A stretch of 64,000 nt of DNA from Paludibacteraceae bacterium (GTDB taxonomy: Bacteria > Bacteroidota > Bacteroidia > Bacteroidales > Paludibacteraceae): contig JAEERP010000003.1 in the NCBI GenBank assembly GCA_016285885.1, forward strand, positions 127,510-191,509, written 5' to 3'. The stretch's first letter is position 1. Every line of letters starts with the position of its first letter. The notes beneath the pieces are model-generated. The model made no database searches. It was not told where the DNA came from and worked only from the letters and a program-made list of their open reading frames with translations. Shown in pieces: positions 1 through 9,350 of the stretch. The position numbers and the translations under genes are program-made.

Positions 1-1077
1 ATCTTTGCTTTTGAACTTAGGCATATACAAAGAGACCTTTTCATACTTGAAAGCTATGGAATCCCATTGGATAGTAGGCAACACCTCGTTCAGGTCATGA
101 CCGCTCTTTGGCAATATGACGACCATGTCATAAGCGTTGTGGAAGAGTGTGGATTCCGATATGGTGCCGTAATCCAAGTTGATGGCCTGGTAGTTGCTTG
201 TTTCCGCATAATTCTGATACTCGTCAATAATGCTCATGAATTTTGCCGTCTGCGTTCCCTCTTTCCCCTCGAATTCAGCTACCGAATCCTCTGCGAAAGG
301 GGAGATCCATGCGCCTTTAAAGTAGCAAGCATTGTTGATTACAAGTCTCGTCAATTCCGATACTCTTATTTGGAGATCATCGATGCGATTGTTGGTCATG
401 AGCGCCGCCCAATGGTCGATGGTGTCTTTGGATCCTAGGGGATCTCCTTCGAAATCAAGGTTTCTGACAGTTGCGTAGTAAGATTCCTTGGCGGTCTTCA
501 CGAAATTCTCCTTGGCCACGGAACTCTCGTTGATCCACAATGCGTTGGCGGTATGGACATCCACGCTGTCAACCCCCGAATTGATGGAGAGGTATAACTT
601 ATGGAAGAAATCATTCATGTCTTCCACAGCGTTCTCCGATTGGAAGCCCAATGCGTTGGCTATCTCTGTCGCCCCTCCCTTTGAAGCACCGTTGGCGCAG
701 AAGCCCAGTGCGAAGTTGAGGCTAACAGGAGAGAAGAAATGAATTGGGAGATTAGTCCCGTCTTTCTTTTTTGTCTCACGCAATTTTGCGAAACATTTCA
801 ATCCGAACTCATTGTTTCGCTTAATATATGCTAACTCCTGAGCGTTCACCTCAAGCGGAATAGGCGCAGCGAATGTCGGTGGCATGGTGTTCTCGGTCAG
901 CAGGTTATGCTCCTGTTGCTGAGCCACGCCGAAGGTGACGCTATCCACTTGGCTGATGTCGAATACCCTTTGTTCACCGTTCTTCAGCCAGACCTGCATG
1001 TTGTCCGGTGTGCCGGCGAAGGAGGCGAGGCTGGTCGCCAATGCTGAAAATACTATGAGTAATGTTCTTCTTCCCAT
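1..1077 (-). CDS. Serpin family protein, N-terminal 359 codons only (C-terminus lies beyond the left window edge)
   Basis: Absent from the ORF track because it has no stop codon in the window. My minus-strand translation from the ATG at 1077 gives MGRRTLLIVFSALATSLASFAGTPDNMQVWLKNGEQRVFDISQVDSVTFG...FFSPVSLNFALGFCANGA...NNACYFKGAW. The frame stays open to position 1. It is a paralog of the serpin at 1294..2676. Confidence 0.85.
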   Translation of the reverse strand, partial: MGRRTLLIVFSALATSLASFAGTPDNMQVWLKNGEQRVFDISQVDSVTFGVAQQQEHNLLTENTMPPTFAAPIPLEVNAQELAYIKRNNEFGLKCFAKLRETKKKDGTNLPIHFFSPVSLNFALGFCANGASKGGATEIANALGFQSENAVEDMNDFFHKLYLSINSGVDSVDVHTANALWINESSVAKENFVKTAKESYYATVRNLDFEGDPLGSKDTIDHWAALMTNNRIDDLQIRVSELTRLVINNACYFKGAWISPFAEDSVAEFEGKEGTQTAKFMSIIDEYQNYAETSNYQAINLDYGTISESTLFHNAYDMVVILPKSGHDLNEVLPTIQWDSIAFKYEKVSLYMPKFKSKD

Positions 1078-1105
1078 AAAAATATATTTATTCAAATTCA
1101 TAATT

Positions 1106-1262
1106 CCTAGGGCGTTGCCCTAGGCTATATAATGTTTCGCCCCTTCAGGGCTATATCGACACCCGCCACATTGCGCACAGGGGTTAACACCCCTGCCTGG
1201 GGGATGTCGCCCCTTCAGGGCTAAGGGTGTGCGCATCATGTAAAGATACGCACATCCCCCCC
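1106..1262. repeat. GC-rich structured intergenic element between the two serpin genes
   Basis: Contains the palindrome CCTAGGGC-GTT-GCCCTAGG (1106-1124) and two direct copies of TCGCCCCTTCAGGGCTA (1137-1153, 1207-1223). TGCGCACA (1172-1179) pairs with TGTGCGCA (1228-1235) around an AGGGG/CCCCT hairpin. It is embedded in AT-rich spacer. Confidence 0.6.
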
Positions 1263-1293
1263 AAAAAATTCATAATTCTTAATTCAAAATTCT

Positions 1294-2676
1294 CTATTCT
1301 TTAGACACTTCTTCCACCTCCGTCACCTTGCCCATGAAGAGCAGCATGCCAGTGGTCATTTCACGGATGGCGAACCCGAACGGACGGTTGACGAACATTT
1401 CGGCCATATCTTCCGGAGGAACGGCACCGGTCATCCCGATGGATGTGACAGCGGCGGCCTCCGTTCCCTCCTCATCCACCGCGACGTAGGAATCCTGCAC
1501 GATTTGTGTTACTGAAGCAGGAGCATTGATGGCGTTAGGACAGCTTGAGAATATGTCTGTGATGCCAAATCCGGCCACTGTTTCATTTAGGTTAAGACTG
1601 CTGCGGATTCCGAATTTCGGGAAGCGGAGGAATACGTAGTCCCTAGCTAGTGGCAAGTTGTTCCAATCGATGGAGTTGAGCGTCGTGTCCAAGTTTTTGC
1701 CCTCCGCAGGCAAGACAATCACCATGCTGTAGGTACCCTTGCCGTTGTTGGATATCATGCGATCTGAAGGACCGTAGACGAGTTCCACCATTTGGTAATC
1801 GTCAGTTTTCGCATAGGAGTAAAAGTCTAGCGTTTGCATCATGTTGACGCTTTGGGTCTTATTTGGGGCGTTCCAGAACGTATCTGTCCTCGTCATGCGT
1901 TTTTCGATAGGTGTTCTCCATTTGCCTTTGAAATAGCATGCGTTATTGAGGACGAGGACGGTGGAATTGTCTATGAGGACACTCAGTTTCTTGATACAGT
2001 CGTTGGTCATGAGCGCCGCCCATTGGTCTATGGTGTCTTTCGCCGCAGCAGGATCAGACGCGAAATCCAGGTGTCTGACCGTGGCGTAGTATTTCTCATG
2101 TGCCGCCTTGAGGAAGTCATCGTACACGGCAGCTCCCCAGATTGGCCATGCGGCGTTGTTCACGCTTAGAATCACGCTGTCCACCTGCGAGTTGAGCGAG
2201 AGGATGACCTTGTTGAAGTAGTCGTTCATCTCTTCCAATGGTTTCTTCCCTTGGATGCCGAACGCGTCCGCTATCTCCTTGGCGCCCTTGTCGGTGGCTG
2301 CGTTGGCGCAGAAGCCCAAAGCGATTTGCAGGCTAATCGGGGAATAGAACGTATTAGGGTGGGTACTGTCTGTCTCGCAGATAGTGGCGAACGATTCCTT
2401 GGCGAATGTGTTGCCTGCGCGGACGAACTCCTTTTGTTCGTCGGAAAGCATGAGGGCGGTCGGGCTCTCAACCGTAGGAATGTAAGTCCAATCACATAAT
2501 GGCTTAAACTCAGGTGTTAAGCGCTCCCCAAAAGTGATGCTGTCTACTTGATTAATATCAAATACTTGTTGTTCTCCATTTTTCAGCCACACCTGCATTT
2601 TGTCTGGTGTCTCTGCGAACGATGCCGCACAGAGCAATAAGGCTGAAACCCCTGTGATAAATTGTCTCTTTTTCAT
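1294..2676 (-). CDS. Serpin family protease inhibitor with signal peptide
   Basis: 460-aa ORF. Signal peptide MKKRQFITGVSALLLCAASFA. Serpin core motifs FYSPISLQIALGF and NNACYFKGKW. Inhibitory-type hinge EEGTEAAAVT, then a reactive-centre loop and FVNRPFGFAIRE. Confidence 0.9.
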   Translation of the reverse strand: MKKRQFITGVSALLLCAASFAETPDKMQVWLKNGEQQVFDINQVDSITFGERLTPEFKPLCDWTYIPTVESPTALMLSDEQKEFVRAGNTFAKESFATICETDSTHPNTFYSPISLQIALGFCANAATDKGAKEIADAFGIQGKKPLEEMNDYFNKVILSLNSQVDSVILSVNNAAWPIWGAAVYDDFLKAAHEKYYATVRHLDFASDPAAAKDTIDQWAALMTNDCIKKLSVLIDNSTVLVLNNACYFKGKWRTPIEKRMTRTDTFWNAPNKTQSVNMMQTLDFYSYAKTDDYQMVELVYGPSDRMISNNGKGTYSMVIVLPAEGKNLDTTLNSIDWNNLPLARDYVFLRFPKFGIRSSLNLNETVAGFGITDIFSSCPNAINAPASVTQIVQDSYVAVDEEGTEAAAVTSIGMTGAVPPEDMAEMFVNRPFGFAIREMTTGMLLFMGKVTEVEEVSKE

Positions 2677-3028
2677 ACGAAATCCTATTATATTTATAGC
2701 ACTATTAGACTCTAAAATCAGACTCTAAAAATCGATTGTTGATTGTTAAACCCTTATGTAATAAATGGTCGAATGTGTGTCTTTCTATGCATTTCCCGCA
2801 GATCAGGCTGAGGGTCAGATCCGTTTTTCATCCTAAATAATACACTCCACCTGTTTTCTGCAAATATACAAATGATCGCATTATTTCCAAAGATATCATG
2901 TGAAAATGTTGTTATTTGCCAAAAAAACGCCTCAAATCAACATTTATAACATACTTGAAAAAACTTTCAAAAACATAGAGCGATATGTTTGGCGAAATCG
3001 ATAAATTAATTAAATTCGCGGAACAATT

Positions 3029-3111
3029 GCCCAAGTGGTGGAATGGTAGACACGCTAGTTTCAGGGACTAGTGGCTGCAAGGCTGTATGAGTTCGAGTCT
3101 CATCTTGGGTA
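3029..3111 (+). tRNA. tRNA-Leu (anticodon CAG)
   Basis: Cloverleaf folded by hand. Acceptor GCCCAAG/CTTGGGT, anticodon stem CTAGT/ACTAG with loop TTCAGGG, long variable arm, T-arm ATGAG-TTCGAGT-CTCAT. Close to the E. coli tRNA-Leu(CAG) layout. Confidence 0.9.
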
Positions 3112-3126
3112 CAAAATTATCGAGAG

Positions 3127-6111
3127 GTGGTGAAAACGCATATTCTTTCCATCATAGTCTTCCTTACCATTTCTTTTGATGTTTTTGCACAAAACTCGGA
3201 TTTGGACAATGCTATCGCTCCAGTTTACGCTTTCTTACAGAAAGAGTTTTCTGTATTGAAGCACAACAAGTTAAGCAACGATAGTTCACTTCTTGATGCA
3301 AATAAAAAACGAATTGACATCTACTTGGCCAAGCCTTTGGAGGGCATTGCGTTGCGGGAGGAACTAGTGGACCGCATCTATGATTCCGTCTCCGCCAATC
3401 TGCCAAGGGCGTACAAAAACTACGACCTCAACCTCTACATCAATCGTTACGAATTACATGATTTGGTGCCAAATTGGACCCGTTCGGAGATGAAACTGGA
3501 CAAGAACCGTTTCGAGAAGGAGTATTTCAAGGGCCATCAACTGGTGCGCAATATGAGCAAACCCTACGAAGTGACGAAGGGCTTGAGCAACCGTCACATC
3601 GCCATGTGGCCGAGCCACGGTTGGTACTTCGAGTCGAACACCAAGGGGAGCCAGTGGCAGTGGCAGCGGCCTTGCATCTTTCAGGTGGTGGAGGATACCT
3701 ATACCCTGGGATATGTCCTGCCCTATATCGTACCGATGCTGGAGAATGCGGGGGCGACCGTGCTGTTGCCTAGGGAGCGTGACACGCAGTTCAACGAAAT
3801 CATCGTCGACAATGACACCAACGGAGACTATCTCTACGAGGAGCTGAACGGCAAGGACTGCATCTGGATGGGCTGCGACTCCGCCGGTTTCGCCAACAAA
3901 AAGAAAATGTACGTGGAGGGTGACCATCCCTTCAGCATGGGTACTTGCCGCCAAGTGAAGACAGCGAAGGAGAAGAGTGCGGAGGCGCATTGGATCCCTG
4001 AAATTCCGGAGGATGGCGACTATGCGGTCTACGTCTCCTACCAATCCCTGCCCGAGAGCACAGCGGAGGCGCACTACAAAGTGAACCATGCGGGCGGATC
4101 CACGGAGTTCATCGTCAACCAACGCATGGGCGGCGGCACATGGATCTACTTGGGCACGTTCCGTTTCAAGAAGGGACTCCATCCTTCCATGGGTATGGTG
4201 GTCTTGACGAACCAATCCAAGAGTGGCAAGGTGGTCACCGCCGATGCTGTGAAGTTCGGTGGCGGCATGGGTAATATCGGTCGACCGGTGGTCACCGCGG
4301 AAGGCGACACGGTGGTGCAAGTCAGTGATAGGCTCCGTTTCCTGGAGGGCGCACGCTATTGGCTGCAATGGGCAGGATACCCCGACTCCATCTTCTCACG
4401 GAACGATGCCTTGAATGATTACAAGGACGACTACATGTGCCGTGGCGAGTGGGTGAACAACCTGATCGGAGGATCGCCTAGGGCGAAGGATCATCCTGGC
4501 AAACGGATCCCTATCGACGTGGCTTTTGGCCTCCATACGGATGCGGGACAACTCTTGCGTGACTCGATCTACGGAACGCTTGCGATATACATGTCCGAAA
4601 GCAACGGAGAACGCTCCTACTGGAACGGACAGAGCAGGCTATCCGGACGCGACCTGACCGACATGGTGCAGACCCAGGTGGTGGAGGATATCCGCCGCAC
4701 TTTCCGCCCGAACTGGACACGACGCAAGATGACGGACGCCTCCTACTACGAGGCCCGCGTGCCTGAGGTGCCGACCATGTTGCTAGAGTTGCTCTCCCAT
4801 CAGAACTACACGGACATGCGATACGGGTTGGACCCTAACTTCCGCTTCACAGCGAGCCGCGCCATCTACAAGGCACTCCTGAAATACATCGCCTATCAAT
4901 ACAAGACCGATTATGTGGTGCAACCCCTGCCAGTGACGAACTTCAGCACTGAATTCTACGATAAGAAGAATCGCAGCGTGTTCCTGAGCTGGGAACCTCA
5001 GGAGGACAGCTTGGAAGAGAGCGCCACCCCGACCCACTACGTGGTCTACACCTCCCGAAATGACGGAGGATGGGACAATGGAACGCTGGTGGATGCGCCA
5101 CACTTCGTGATGCCGATTGACTCCGGCGTCATCTATAACTTCAAGGTGACCGCCCTAAACAGTGGCGGCGAAAGTTTCCCGACCGAGGTACTCTCTGTAT
5201 GCAAGGGCAAATCGTCCCAAACAGCGCTGATCATCAACGGATTCGATCGTGTCTCCGCACCTGACTACTTTGACACGGGCGACTACTCCGGCTTTCTGGA
5301 TAAGTATGACCAAGGCGTGCCAGACCACTATGACCTGAGCTACGTCGGCGAACAATATGGATTCCGCAAACGACAGAAATTCCGCAGCAATGCGGAGCCT
5401 GGGCACGGAGCTTGTAAAGTAGATTACGAGGGGGTGGTCATCGCGGGAAACACGTTCGATTTTCCTTTGTTGCACGGTAAATCAATTAAAAAAGCGGGCT
5501 ATTCGTTCGTCTCCTGCTCCAAGGCGGCCGTCACGGAGGGCAACTACAACATCAGACGATTCGCCTTCGTGGACCTGATATTAGGCGAGGAGAAAGAGAC
5601 CCAAAGCGGCATGGAGATGCGCTACAAAACATTCCCCGAAAAACTACAAGAGGAGTTGCGCAACTACCTTTACCATGGCGGAAGACTCTACGCAAGCGGC
5701 GCCTACATCGCATCCGACCTGATGGAGCGGGACTCCACTTGCGTCGAGGACGACATCTACTTTGCGGAGAAGGTGCTGAAATACACCTTGAAACAGAGCA
5801 ACGCCGAGACGGAAGGCAGGATATCCAACTACTTCTCCGTCAACAAAGAATTCTCCAAGAAATTTTATAATTACAACAAGTCGTTAGGCAAGTTCCAATA
5901 TGCCGTAGAATCGCCGGACGCGATCGATTGCGTGAACGGTTCCACGGTGGTCCACTCCTTCGAGGGGTGCAACCTGCCTTGCGCCGTAGCCTACAAAGGC
6001 AGATATAGAACATACATCTCCTCTGTCCCATTTGAGTCGATTGTCACGCAATCCGCCCGAGACACCTTGATGAAGGAGATTGTGGATTTCTTACTAAAAA
6101 AACGTAAGTAG
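3127..6111 (+). CDS. Large secreted protein, split N-acetylmuramoyl-L-alanine amidase-like fold with a golvesin-C-like insert and an FN3-like region (function uncertain)
   Basis: 994-aa ORF with a GTG start and signal peptide ILSIIVFLTISFDVFAQ. Motifs WPSHGWYFE, FGLHTDAG and LLELLSHQN resemble Amidase_3 metal and active-site segments. AHYKVNHAGGSTEFIVNQRMGGGTWIYLGTF resembles golvesin C-terminal-like domains. Confidence 0.6.
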   Translation: MVKTHILSIIVFLTISFDVFAQNSDLDNAIAPVYAFLQKEFSVLKHNKLSNDSSLLDANKKRIDIYLAKPLEGIALREELVDRIYDSVSANLPRAYKNYDLNLYINRYELHDLVPNWTRSEMKLDKNRFEKEYFKGHQLVRNMSKPYEVTKGLSNRHIAMWPSHGWYFESNTKGSQWQWQRPCIFQVVEDTYTLGYVLPYIVPMLENAGATVLLPRERDTQFNEIIVDNDTNGDYLYEELNGKDCIWMGCDSAGFANKKKMYVEGDHPFSMGTCRQVKTAKEKSAEAHWIPEIPEDGDYAVYVSYQSLPESTAEAHYKVNHAGGSTEFIVNQRMGGGTWIYLGTFRFKKGLHPSMGMVVLTNQSKSGKVVTADAVKFGGGMGNIGRPVVTAEGDTVVQVSDRLRFLEGARYWLQWAGYPDSIFSRNDALNDYKDDYMCRGEWVNNLIGGSPRAKDHPGKRIPIDVAFGLHTDAGQLLRDSIYGTLAIYMSESNGERSYWNGQSRLSGRDLTDMVQTQVVEDIRRTFRPNWTRRKMTDASYYEARVPEVPTMLLELLSHQNYTDMRYGLDPNFRFTASRAIYKALLKYIAYQYKTDYVVQPLPVTNFSTEFYDKKNRSVFLSWEPQEDSLEESATPTHYVVYTSRNDGGWDNGTLVDAPHFVMPIDSGVIYNFKVTALNSGGESFPTEVLSVCKGKSSQTALIINGFDRVSAPDYFDTGDYSGFLDKYDQGVPDHYDLSYVGEQYGFRKRQKFRSNAEPGHGACKVDYEGVVIAGNTFDFPLLHGKSIKKAGYSFVSCSKAAVTEGNYNIRRFAFVDLILGEEKETQSGMEMRYKTFPEKLQEELRNYLYHGGRLYASGAYIASDLMERDSTCVEDDIYFAEKVLKYTLKQSNAETEGRISNYFSVNKEFSKKFYNYNKSLGKFQYAVESPDAIDCVNGSTVVHSFEGCNLPCAVAYKGRYRTYISSVPFESIVTQSARDTLMKEIVDFLLKKRK

Positions 6112-6114
6112 CTT

Positions 6115-7557
6115 ATGGTGGATTTTTTCTTGCCCTACGTGCATGGGGATGAGTCATCCTTGTCCACACTTGCCGCCGCCAAAGGAATCGGCAATGTCAC
6201 GTTGCTCTATTCGGAGGGGATGCCTTCGGTGGAGGGGATGCGTTCGTCGCGTATCGACCGTCTGGACTCGTTGGACACTTTGCGCATGATGGCGGAGCAT
6301 GTCACCGCCCCGTACCTCGCCTTGGCCTGCGATGTCCGCCCGTTCCGTCTGGGGCAGAACGCCCTGCACAGGATCTCCCAAGTGATGATCGCCACGGGCT
6401 CCACCCTACTCTACGCGGACTTCAACGAACGCTCCGGAGAGAGCACCGTCGCACATCCTCTAATCGACTACCAATTGGGTAGTGTACGGGATGATTTCGA
6501 CTTCGGTCCGCTGCTCTTCTTCGAATCCGCCAGCTTTAAGCGTTGCGTCTCAGAGATGGATGAATCCATTTCATATTCAGCGCTTTACGACTTACGGTTG
6601 CGTCTTTCGGAGCAATCCCTTCCCTTCCATCTGAACGAAACAGTGTACACCGTGCTTTCCGCCGAGAAGGCTACTTCCGAGGAGAAGCAGTTCGCCTACG
6701 TGGATGCCCGCAACCGAGCGGTGCAGATCGAGCGGGAGAAGGTCTTCACCGCCTACCTGAAGCGTGTGGGAGCCTATCTGAAGCCTGAATTCACGCCCGT
6801 CTCCTTCGACGACAACTCATTCAAGGTGGAGGCTTCGGTCATCATACCCGTACGCAACCGCGTGAAAACCATTTCGGACGCTATACACTCCGTGCTCTCC
6901 CAAAAGGCCGATTTCGCCTTCAACCTAATCGTGGTGGACAACCATTCCACGGATGGCACGACCGAGGCCATAGATGCCCTCGCGAAACAGGACGCCCGCA
7001 TCATACATGTCATCCCTTCCCGTGACGACCTTGGCATCGGAGGGTGCTGGAACGAAGGGGTGAACCATCCGCAGTGCGGCAAATTCGCCATCCAGCTGGA
7101 CAGCGACGATGTCTATAGCGGAGAGGATACCATCCGCAAGATCGTGGCGGCCTTTTATGAACAACACTGCGCCATGGTGGTGGGAACCTACGCCATAACC
7201 AATTTCAAGATGGAGACCATCCCGCCGGGCATCATCGACCACAAGGAATGGACCCTTGAGAACGGAAGGAACAACGCATTAAGAATAAACGGATTAGGCG
7301 CACCGCGCGCCTTCTATACCCCTCTGCTCAGGGAGCTCCAACTGCCCAACACCAGCTATGGAGAGGATTATGCGATGGGGCTGACCATATCACACAACTA
7401 CCCTATCGGCAGGATATACGACGTGCTGTACCTCTGCCGCCGCTGGGAGGGCAATTCAGATGCCAATCTGGATGTCATTAGACTGAATAAGAACAATTTA
7501 TACAAAGATAAACTGCGGACAATTGAAATGATGCGCAGGATAAGAGAGTCAAAATAA
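6115..7557 (+). CDS. Glycosyltransferase family 2 with a ~230-aa N-terminal extension
   Basis: 480 aa. GT-A motifs [34 protein letters not shown] and QLDSDD. Starts 3 nt after the upstream stop. Confidence 0.85.
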   Translation: MVDFFLPYVHGDESSLSTLAAAKGIGNVTLLYSEGMPSVEGMRSSRIDRLDSLDTLRMMAEHVTAPYLALACDVRPFRLGQNALHRISQVMIATGSTLLYADFNERSGESTVAHPLIDYQLGSVRDDFDFGPLLFFESASFKRCVSEMDESISYSALYDLRLRLSEQSLPFHLNETVYTVLSAEKATSEEKQFAYVDARNRAVQIEREKVFTAYLKRVGAYLKPEFTPVSFDDNSFKVEASVIIPVRNRVKTISDAIHSVLSQKADFAFNLIVVDNHSTDGTTEAIDALAKQDARIIHVIPSRDDLGIGGCWNEGVNHPQCGKFAIQLDSDDVYSGEDTIRKIVAAFYEQHCAMVVGTYAITNFKMETIPPGIIDHKEWTLENGRNNALRINGLGAPRAFYTPLLRELQLPNTSYGEDYAMGLTISHNYPIGRIYDVLYLCRRWEGNSDANLDVIRLNKNNLYKDKLRTIEMMRRIRESK

Positions 7558-8438
7558 TGGATGTCAAGAAATTTTATAAGGAACAATTGGCCGAGTGGCC
7601 GGAATTTAGGCAAAGAGTAGAACAGCTAAAGGAAGTGACGTTGCGTGAGTTCAAGATAAACGGATTCACCATACTAGCCCAATTCAACCCAGCCCGCGCC
7701 ATATCATCAGGCGCCAAGCTGGACAAAGACTCCATCGCAAACAGGAAATGCTTTCTGTGCGGGGAGAACCGCCCGACGGTACAACGGGGGCTTAAGATGA
7801 ACGAGCGTTTCACCCTGCTCGTGAACCCCTTCCCCATCCTTCAAGAGCACTTCACGATCGCCTGCGACGAGCATTGCCCGCAGGAGATAAAGAATAACTT
7901 GTCCGACATGCTGGATTTCGCCCAACAGATGCCCGACCACATCCTCTTCTACAACGGGCCACGTTGCGGTGCCTCCGCACCCGACCACCTGCATTTCCAA
8001 GCGGTTGCGAAAGGTCAGTTGCCTTTGGAGAAGGAGTGGAGAAAGGCGGAGAAGCGGGTGCTGTCCGAATGGAACGGACATCGGTTGGAACAGTTGGTGG
8101 ACTACGGCCGGCGGTGCCTCCATGCGGAATCGGAACGGAAAGATGCGTTGGCATCGCTCTTCAACCAGACCTACACGCAATACATGATGATGGAGGGAGG
8201 CAATGAGGAGCCTCGCCTGAACCTATTCGCCATGTACGAAGAGGGACGCTGGCATCTCTTCATCTTTCCGCGCAAGACACATCGCCCCACACAGTATTAC
8301 GCGGAAGGCGATACGTACCGTATGATCAGCCCGGGGGCAATCGACATGGCCGGTGTCCTCGTCCTGCCACGCAAGGAGGACTTCGATGCGTTGAACCTCA
8401 GTGAATTAACAGACGTCTTCAACCAAGTATCCCTCTAA
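7557..8438 (+). CDS. DUF4922-like HIT-superfamily protein (GDP-hexose phosphorylase / nucleotidyltransferase-like)
   Basis: 293 aa. Histidine-triad-like APDHLHFQAV. TAATG overlap with the GT2 stop. Family assigned from memory of the DUF4922 architecture. Confidence 0.6.
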   Translation: MDVKKFYKEQLAEWPEFRQRVEQLKEVTLREFKINGFTILAQFNPARAISSGAKLDKDSIANRKCFLCGENRPTVQRGLKMNERFTLLVNPFPILQEHFTIACDEHCPQEIKNNLSDMLDFAQQMPDHILFYNGPRCGASAPDHLHFQAVAKGQLPLEKEWRKAEKRVLSEWNGHRLEQLVDYGRRCLHAESERKDALASLFNQTYTQYMMMEGGNEEPRLNLFAMYEEGRWHLFIFPRKTHRPTQYYAEGDTYRMISPGAIDMAGVLVLPRKEDFDALNLSELTDVFNQVSL

Positions 8439-8443
8439 CCCCT

Positions 8444-8917
8444 ATGTTGACGATGAAACACATCATACTTTCCATTCTGTCGTGTTGCCTCTTCATGGGC
8501 GTCTATGCGCAGGGGCCAGCCACTCCGGCGGAGGATATCAACATCAGGGAGGTGAGCCGTGGCGGACTGCTACGGGCGAAGGAAGACTCTCCCTCGATCA
8601 TCTTCATGCGTGAGGGAAGCACCACCCGCTATTTCCTCGAGATGATCACAACGTATAAGCTGGACAACCTCATGTTGTTCTACCTTGGCAAATCGAAAGA
8701 GCAAGTCAGGGAGTGTCTGGAGTATTTCCAAAAGATCTTGGAAGAGAAGGTACAGGTCACCGTGAGGGATGACGTCAAGAGCGTCTATTCCATCTCCTAT
8801 CAGCAGGAGGATGGCCGAAACCTGCGCTTCTCGACGAAAGGATTCGTGGGGGATGGCCACCTCAGCAAAGCCAACCTCAGGAAGTTCATCTCAGACCTGG
8901 AGAAATTCACGGAGTAG
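8444..8917 (+). CDS. Small secreted hypothetical protein
   Basis: 157 aa. Signal peptide MKHIILSILSCCLFMGVYAQG. Lies 5 nt after the upstream stop, so it is probably the last gene of the operon. Confidence 0.7.
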   Translation: MLTMKHIILSILSCCLFMGVYAQGPATPAEDINIREVSRGGLLRAKEDSPSIIFMREGSTTRYFLEMITTYKLDNLMLFYLGKSKEQVRECLEYFQKILEEKVQVTVRDDVKSVYSISYQQEDGRNLRFSTKGFVGDGHLSKANLRKFISDLEKFTE

Positions 8918-8965
8918 ATTTCGAGACGCCAATCCGTTTCGAGACATCCTTGAATTGAAGGGAAC

Positions 8966-9005
8966 AAAAAAGCTCAATGTGGGACGCACACTGAGCTTTT
9001 TCTTT
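8966..9005 (+). terminator. Rho-independent terminator candidate
   Basis: AAAAAGCTCA...TGAGCTTTTTCTTTT stem-loop immediately downstream of 8444..8917. Confidence 0.5.
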
Positions 9006-9080
9006 TGGTAGTCGAGCCGGGAATCGAACCCGGATCTAAGGTTTAGGAAACCCGTATTCTATCCATTGAACTACTCAACC
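9006..9080 (-). tRNA. tRNA-Arg (anticodon CCT), CCA encoded
   Basis: Minus-strand fold. Acceptor GGTTGAG/CTCGACT, anticodon loop TTCCTAA, T-arm CCGGG-TTCGATT-CCCGG, discriminator A followed by CCA. Confidence 0.85.
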
Positions 9081-9289
9081 AAACCCATGATATCCTTTTC
9101 TGGAATCATTGCGCGAATTTAAGAGAAAAATGCTCCGCTCCCAACTCTTTGGGGAATAAAATTTACGTTTTTCCATGATTTCGCCTAAGAATATATTTTT
9201 TGTGGATGGGGCCTATTTAAGGTTACTGGTGAGGCTGGGGTCGCAAACCGTGTTGTTGGAATGGGGGGCTTGGGTTCATGGGTGATATC

Positions 9290-9327
9290 AAAAAAGGCAG
9301 GTTGAAGGGGAATCCTTCAGCCTGCCT
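9290..9327 (-). terminator. Rho-independent terminator of the 9351..12017 gene
   Basis: On the minus strand, GGCAGGCTGAAGG-ATTCC-CCTTCAACCTGCC is followed by TTTTTT. Confidence 0.7.
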
Positions 9328-9350
9328 TGGGTTAGTTGTGGAAGAATAAT

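Noticed and set aside
67-1123. Plus-strand ORFs 67..438, 488..742 and 935..1123.
   Set aside because: They are antisense to the partial serpin, whose minus-strand frame stays open for all 359 codons and is homologous to the neighbouring serpin.
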